A stretch of DNA of 59,435 nt, the filler included. It is 6 parts of 6 records of this genome, joined end to end, with 100 filler letters (N's around TTAATTAATTAA, not from the genome) between each part and the next. Parts side by side here need not be neighbours in the genome. Positions count along the whole stretch, not along the records: positions 48,785 to 54,217 come from DRR378314_1127; positions 54,318 to 59,435 come from DRR378314_1134; 4 more parts are not named here. One strand, given 5' to 3'. The notes beneath the pieces were generated by a model. It was not told the origin of the DNA. It searched no databases and worked only from the letters and a program-made list of their open reading frames with translations. Numbering within the stretch: position 1 is the first letter of the stretch; each line of letters begins with the position of its first letter. The translations under genes were made by a program, and so were the position numbers. Positions 53,919-59,435 of this stretch are shown here, piece after piece.

Positions 53919-54133
53919 CTTTTGCTCCGTGAACTGTGGTTGCGCTGACGTGAACGAATTGGCCGAACGCTGTCAAGTTCAGGTTTAGATCGCAGGACCC
54001 GTGTCTGGGTTGTGATCAATGCTGCCCACGAAAGGTTCGATGAGATGAATGAGCATCTTTTCAATCGATTTGGTTGGTTGTAAGAGTTTGCGAACGTCAC
54101 CTGCGAGGTTTGAAAATACCTCTGCTGTGATGT

Positions 54134-54217
54134 GCGGGCGTGATGGAATGGTAGACATATCGGACTTAAAATCCGAAGGCCTTAGTGCCGTGTGGGTTCG
54201 AGTCCCACCGCCCGCAC
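54134..54217 (+). tRNA. tRNA-Leu (anticodon TAA)
   Basis: Acceptor stem GCGGGCG/CGCCCGC, D-loop GGTAGAC, anticodon arm TCGGA-CTTAAAA-TCCGA, long variable arm, GTGGG-TTCGAGT-CCCAC; contig ends inside the CCA. Confidence 0.96.
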
Positions 54218-54317
54218 NNNNNNNNNNNNNNNNNNNNNNNNNNNNNNNNNNNNNNNNNNNNTTAATTAATTAANNNNNNNNNNNNNNNNNNNNNNNNNNN
54301 NNNNNNNNNNNNNNNNN
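54218..54317. other. Artificial contig linker
   Basis: N44-TTAATTAATTAA-N44. Confidence 0.99.
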
Positions 54318-56194
54318 AGGCATTTTTGCCTCTATCTAACCATTTTTTCTGGATGCTTACAGACAAGTTCGAGCATTTTCACTCTCAGCATCTGCAGCAC
54401 CAACGTATCCTTGTTTTTTGGACGTAGTGGAGATGTCACGCACTCTCCTACTCCCCTGCCAAAGCCAAAGTGTAATCGCTTGCAACAGCAGAGCTTTCAA
54501 TTCTCCACATTCACTGGGCGCAAGTGCTGCAGGCCCTTTGGCTCCACACCTGCGTCCTATTTCACACCGGGAGTCGATGCAGAGGAAGAGCGGACCAGCT
54601 GTGGCGAGAAAGTGTTCTACCGGCTTACATCGCGCAGCGCCTTTGCGAACCAACTCGGTCTGAATACGACGTACTGCTCTTTGTAGCGTGAATTCTCAGT
54701 AGTTTCCACCGTCCCCTTATGGAAAGAGATCCGGAGAACCTTCAGGAGTTTTCTACGGAAACGTGCATCCAGCAAGTCGTATATTGACACTCCTTTCCCC
54801 TCAATACCCGTGCGGGGAAGCACGGTGAGAGAGGCGCACCTTTCTCGCGGGATTCGGTCGCTCTTGAGGAGCAAAATGCCGGCAATGGGCTCTTTCTCCA
54901 TTCGAAACGAAGCAAAACAGCGCCGCAAAGGTGCTTGTCGTAGAGTATCGCGATATGGAGTGGTACAACGCTGCATGCCGCATGGGCTCATCTGGAATGT
55001 TTGATATGCTATGAAAAGGGGCACAGCATCTAGAGCGCAAAGGCAGGGAAAAGTGCCGGGGATTGTGTGCTCAGCTTACGAAAGCGCTGCCATCAAGTAG
55101 CGAACCATCCGCACCAAGCCCTCGTGTTACAGTAAGGTGCAGGATTGATAAACTCCTAGAAAGAATAATATGAAATAGAGAAAATCTGATAAAAATTGTA
55201 ATGACACACACTAGTTATCTCAAGTATCCCACGATGGAATGTATTATGGAGAAAAACTACCGGACCTAAAACCAACTTGCCTTTTCTATGCTCTGCTCCA
55301 AGGCCGTGCCGCAAGTTCTCTCTGCCCTCATACGGGAACTCAAATTATGTCAACGAAAACCATAGGTTGCAAGAAAAGATAAAAGAGCCCGTACATGGAG
55401 AATTTTAAAATTATATGTATCGCAAGAACGAATTGGCTTGTCAAAATGACTCAATTTTCGAGGAGTACCAGCGATTTCTTCTTGCCTCGGACTAATCGGT
55501 TGACGCGCAAGGAGCTGCGCAGGATAACCCGCAAGTAGGCGCGCAATATGACGCGTCCGAACCCAAGGAGGAAGAAGACCCCGCCCCAGCTAGTGCATCT
55601 GAGCAGGAAAATGATTAGACAAATGATTATTCTGACAGAGAAAAAACGTATCAAAGTAGGAGAAAGAGGAAAAAGAGGAGGGGCGCACAGGCCGAAGAAA
55701 CGAGGTGGAAAAAGTGGACGCCGTTGTCGACGCGACCACACCCATTCCTCAGGGAAGGACAACGTGGGAAGCGTCTTCCAATTTTGTTCGCGAGCAACTA
55801 CAAGACCCCGTAATTCGTCCGGAGAGCGATCAAATCCTATCTCGTAGAGACGAATTCATAGAAGAAAACGAGCAACAAACCAACTATTTCTGCGACACTC
55901 AAGTCGTCGCTTTACATGGACGCCTGCTTTGCCGTGAGCTCTGGTTTGCAGTGTTTCTTTTCTTAACTAGCAAATCCTATCCATAGAATTCAGTGTAATT
56001 GACAGGGGTGACGCCCCCGCTGTGGGCACACAGCTGCTTTCTTCGGCGAGCTGAATCTGGGGAGGTAAGCTGGACGTGGCTCCCCGCGCTTCAACGTTTG
56101 CTCTTACACTCCTGGGCGACAAAACCCAAGAGCGCGGACTGTTGCCGACGAGGGCATGATTGGTTTTTTCTTTCTTTTTCTATATTTTTTTCAA

Positions 56195-56707
56195 TTATTG
56201 AGGATCTGTTGTACCTTCGCGGCGAGCTCTCTCCTCGTCAAGAGGTGTAAACCTGCCATCCTGAATAGCTTTCGTGATGTCGACAGCCGTCTCGGTGCCT
56301 TTCCAGATGAGGAGAGCGTAGTGCCCGACATTTTGCCGCTTCGCCCGCATTTCGCGTTCAACTCGAAGCTTGAAGCAGCGGTTGAGAGGTGGTTCTCTTT
56401 CGCGCTTCTTGCCATTATAATGTTCCCAGCCGATTTCAGCCTTGCAGCATCTACACGTGACAAAACGCACGTCTGTCCTCTTCGTTTTGTTCGGCTTGCA
56501 TTGTCGTCCAGACACGAGCCCGTCCGGATACGTGCCTGCTTCGTGATAAGGCCTCGTCCAGAGACACCGAACGTCATTATATCTCGACGTGTGCGTGGGC
56601 TGGTGTATTTTGTAGATTATTTCTCCATCAAAGAGAATTTTATGACATTTCGAGCATATCGCTTGTACACTGGAATGGTCGGTTCCGGGGTGCGTGGAAT
56701 AAGCCAT
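56195..56707 (-). CDS. Yippee/Mis18/CULT-like zinc-binding protein
   Basis: Intronless 170-aa ORF with two spaced Cys pairs, ICSKCHKIL and VTCRCCKAEIGW (CxxC...IGW pattern). Confidence 0.6.
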   Translation of the reverse strand: MAYSTHPGTDHSSVQAICSKCHKILFDGEIIYKIHQPTHTSRYNDVRCLWTRPYHEAGTYPDGLVSGRQCKPNKTKRTDVRFVTCRCCKAEIGWEHYNGKKREREPPLNRCFKLRVEREMRAKRQNVGHYALLIWKGTETAVDITKAIQDGRFTPLDEERARREGTTDPQ

Positions 56708-56829
56708 GGTTCTGCGAGAAGCAGTGACTGAGAGCGTGCGGCAATACACCGGAACACTCCTTGCAAGAAAAGCACAGCACCCGACGTGCGGCGCAGCGGC
56801 GCGCGAGCAATCCCCAGAAATTATACCCT

Positions 56830-59435
56830 AATACCAGCGTTCCCCTCGTGTTGATACCAAAAAAGTGTTCAAAGACTTTCCTGGAACAAAGAGAAAATAA
56901 ACCAAGCAATTGACTATCTGACTGATTAGAAGCTTCCCAACGCCGCTGCACGGAAGAGGTTTCACCTCAAGGAAAAGCTCGCACAGTACTCTCTGCTCGA
57001 CAACACTCCCGTTTGCAGAGACGGCACGAATGTGTACAAGGTGATTCCAAAAGAAAACGTTGCAGAGACTACTGACACATTGTACAAAGTTCCAAAGTAT
57101 GGATTGCGCGAAGAAGATCGTCGGCTTGGCCGCATAAAGCGCAACTACGTAGGTATCTCTCTGCGTGACGTGTGAGAGTATCTGAGAGCAAACAAAGTGC
57201 ACCAGGTCACAATGAAAGCAACGGGCGAGAAAGTCAGAGTGCTTACCAAGCCAGAAAACAAGCTCCAGACGTAGTTTGTCGATTTATTCCATACACAAAA
57301 CATTTCTTCACAAAATAGAAATACAAATTTCGTCATGCTGATCGTTGAGGCGTTAAGCAAGTCTCTCTTGACCGTGCTGTTGAAAAGCTAGAGCGCAGAC
57401 GAGGTTGCTCGCGAGTTCGAGATGGTCGTTCTCAACTAGGGAATACCACTTATCCGTCGCGGAGATCGTGAACATACTAGCGGAAACGAGAAATTTCAAA
57501 GCCGTCCACAAAAGTAGCTGTATTTGCAAACATGAAAGTAATATTGCGCTGCATTGTAGTGAGAGATCATATCTCCATGTGCATGGTATGCATTCTCTTT
57601 CATATGTGTGTCTCCTGCAGTCTCGACCGCTCAATTAGTATCACTGGAAAGAAATGTAGTGTTTCTCTCTATGACCAGTCGTCTCTAGTCCATCGAAGTA
57701 CTGCTGTTGCGCACAATAACATGTCCATTCACTCCTTAGACTTGGATGCACTCGTGACGTGTATTGTAGAAGATCTTTAACCAATTGATAAGATCTACGC
57801 TATATTTCACTCGTGCTCTCGTAAAGCAGGTGATGAATTAACCTCAGTAGAATAAAACATCTTACCAAGTCTCTGCTTCCACTGTAACTACTGTCCACGC
57901 TCCTGCACTCAACGTCGTACAGTAGAGTATTTATTTTGATGTACTTCCACACAATAATTAGCACACACTAAATGAAGAAAAAACTGATTTGCACTGTACG
58001 CTAAGCCTGTACCAAATGCAGCTTTCGATACATGTAGATCAGTCAAGCTTGAACCATGAGATGAGTATGTGAACGTGTGTGCTGATGTAGCTGAAGTTGC
58101 TACAATGAAGGACATATCATTGATGGACTTTGCCATCCATATGTTATCAATAGTCGATGATGGAGAAGACAAAGTGTATCCTGTAGTAGAAAGCGTGTAC
58201 GTGTTTTGTACATTTCCTACTCCTCTATCAAGAGCAATGAGATATTCCTCACCAGTTGGATTGTAACGCACTGCAATTGCTCTCTCACTTCCAGTCATTG
58301 CAGTGAGAGTTGAAGCTCTTTTGTCTCTGAGCACGTCAAGAATACCGTCTACTTGAGCACAAGACACAAAGTAGGTGACGCCAGCACTCTGTTCCACCGT
58401 ATTCACAGCTTACCTAGTCATACAGAGTCAATTTGATGTGTGAGGAAGTCCCCAAGTCAGTTGTGCGCATTGCTGTTGCGATATTAAAGCGAATTCCAAC
58501 GTAAGGGACAAGAGCTGGTCAGTAAACGATCACAAGTTCATCAACACAGTTTTCAATGATATGGCAGTTCTGAATCGTAAGTATCTCATTTGCAGTATCA
58601 TTTTCAGTGTCAGAGTTTCTATTCTTCACCTACAAAGAACGATTGACTTTGGATGAGAAAACATGCAATTCATCACAGCTTTCGCCGAAATTGGTGTTTT
58701 CAACCTCTACATTGTCCATGGTGGCGTTCACAGACACTGTCCGGCTACCAAGTGCAAGAGAACTACCGGGAGAATCCGTTCCTCTACCAAGTTGCAAGTC
58801 GTAAAATGATCCCCTTTTCATGTGCCGTTTGCTAGAGTGATCATCTTCTTTCGCTCATAATTCAGCGTTTTCTCTTGCGCGAGAGTAGTGTCATGTACAA
58901 CATGTGCTAATGTACCACTTCTTTGGATATAGCCACAGGATTCGCTCACCATGACACCTGAGGAGGAAAGTGAAGGAACATTGTGTATCCATTTACAAGG
59001 TACAATATTGGTTTTGAATGCCGCTAGTGTGGTATTTGTGACTATTACAATCAATACTGTTGTTGACAATGAGTTTTGGGAATGTTGGGCCGGTAGCAAT
59101 ATGTGGAGAGAAACGCAATTCCCATTTGTCTTTGATGCCAGCGCGACTATCGCACTGCAGTCGAAAGAGATGATCAATTTTTTGTTGTTGTGCAAAGTGA
59201 ACTGCGACAAAAGTACCTGTAGCTGATGCGTCCAGTTTTATTTGGTGGACACTCCATGCGAGGATGATGTTGAGGGGGTGGAGGCTACTCTTGTACTCGC
59301 AAATGCTCCCGAATCACATTGGTTATGGCCAACAGAACCAGCTCTTGTGTTGACCAATCCATTCACTCTTTCCCTTGTTAGAAAGCGTGCTATGCGAGAG
59401 AAGGTGAGGAGGAAGAGGAGGAAGAGGAGGAAGAG
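56830..59435 (-). pseudogene. Probable decayed gene for a secreted/membrane protein
   Basis: Consecutive minus-strand protein-like S/T/N-rich fragments broken by in-frame TAG/TGA/TAA and frame changes; hydrophobic LFL repeat at 5' end and TM-like segments at 3' end; bounds approximate. Confidence 0.4.
59407..59435. repeat. GAG/GAA purine trinucleotide repeat
   Basis: GAGGAGGAAGAGGAGGAAGAGGAGGAAGAG at window end. Confidence 0.85.

Noticed and set aside
14119..54317. Bacterium-to-eukaryote horizontal transfer or endosymbiont insertion
   Set aside because: No bacterial-eukaryotic junction exists in real sequence; every transition is a linker
54617..55024. LINE reverse-transcriptase C-terminal fragment (LDARFRRKLLKVLRISF)
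   Set aside because: Only a short resemblance, with no RT core motifs nearby
55400..59435. Stop-codon reassignment (ciliate-type code) in contig 6
   Set aside because: Interruptions include TAG, TGA and TAA as well as frame changes, which fits decay better than recoding
1..59435. CRISPR array, rRNA genes, intact IS element or integrase
   Set aside because: I saw no regularly spaced repeats, rRNA signatures or intact transposase/integrase motifs; the only tandem repeats are microsatellites

Overview
This window is not one locus. It is six contigs joined by five identical artificial 100-nt linkers (N44-TTAATTAATTAA-N44). Contigs 1 (1-14118), 3 (21805-35906) and 5 (48785-54217) are gene-dense Rhodobacteraceae/Roseobacter-type DNA. 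Contig 1 holds the 3' part of an RcGTA-like gene transfer agent cluster (capsid end to megatron), then a 98-aa unknown ORF, a DksA/TraR-type Zn-finger gene, cysE and pdhABC. Contig 3 is a housekeeping block (ftsK to leuS) that includes a cenR-like regulator with a SorX-like 3'-UTR sRNA. Contig 5 holds a polyamine-type ABC transporter, a three-gene catabolic operon and tRNA-Leu(TAA). Contigs 2 (14219-21704), 4 (36007-48684) and 6 (54318-59435) look eukaryotic. In contigs 2 and 4, phase-compatible GT-AG introns rebuild a PLK4-like kinase, UTP23, an SLC25 carrier, CCDC22, a multi-PH-like protein and a small two-TM protein resembling plant SDH6. Contig 6 holds a Yippee-like Zn protein and a decayed membrane-protein gene. 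Best leads for undescribed biology: (i) a long structured RNA with an anti-Shine-Dalgarno-like loop between the GTA capsid gene and the next gene, (ii) the two accessory genes at the GTA 3' end, (iii) the SorX-like sRNA with a predicted site on potA, (iv) the EutB/EutD/EutA-like orphan operon. All family assignments come from motifs recognised by eye. No database searches or folding programs were run.
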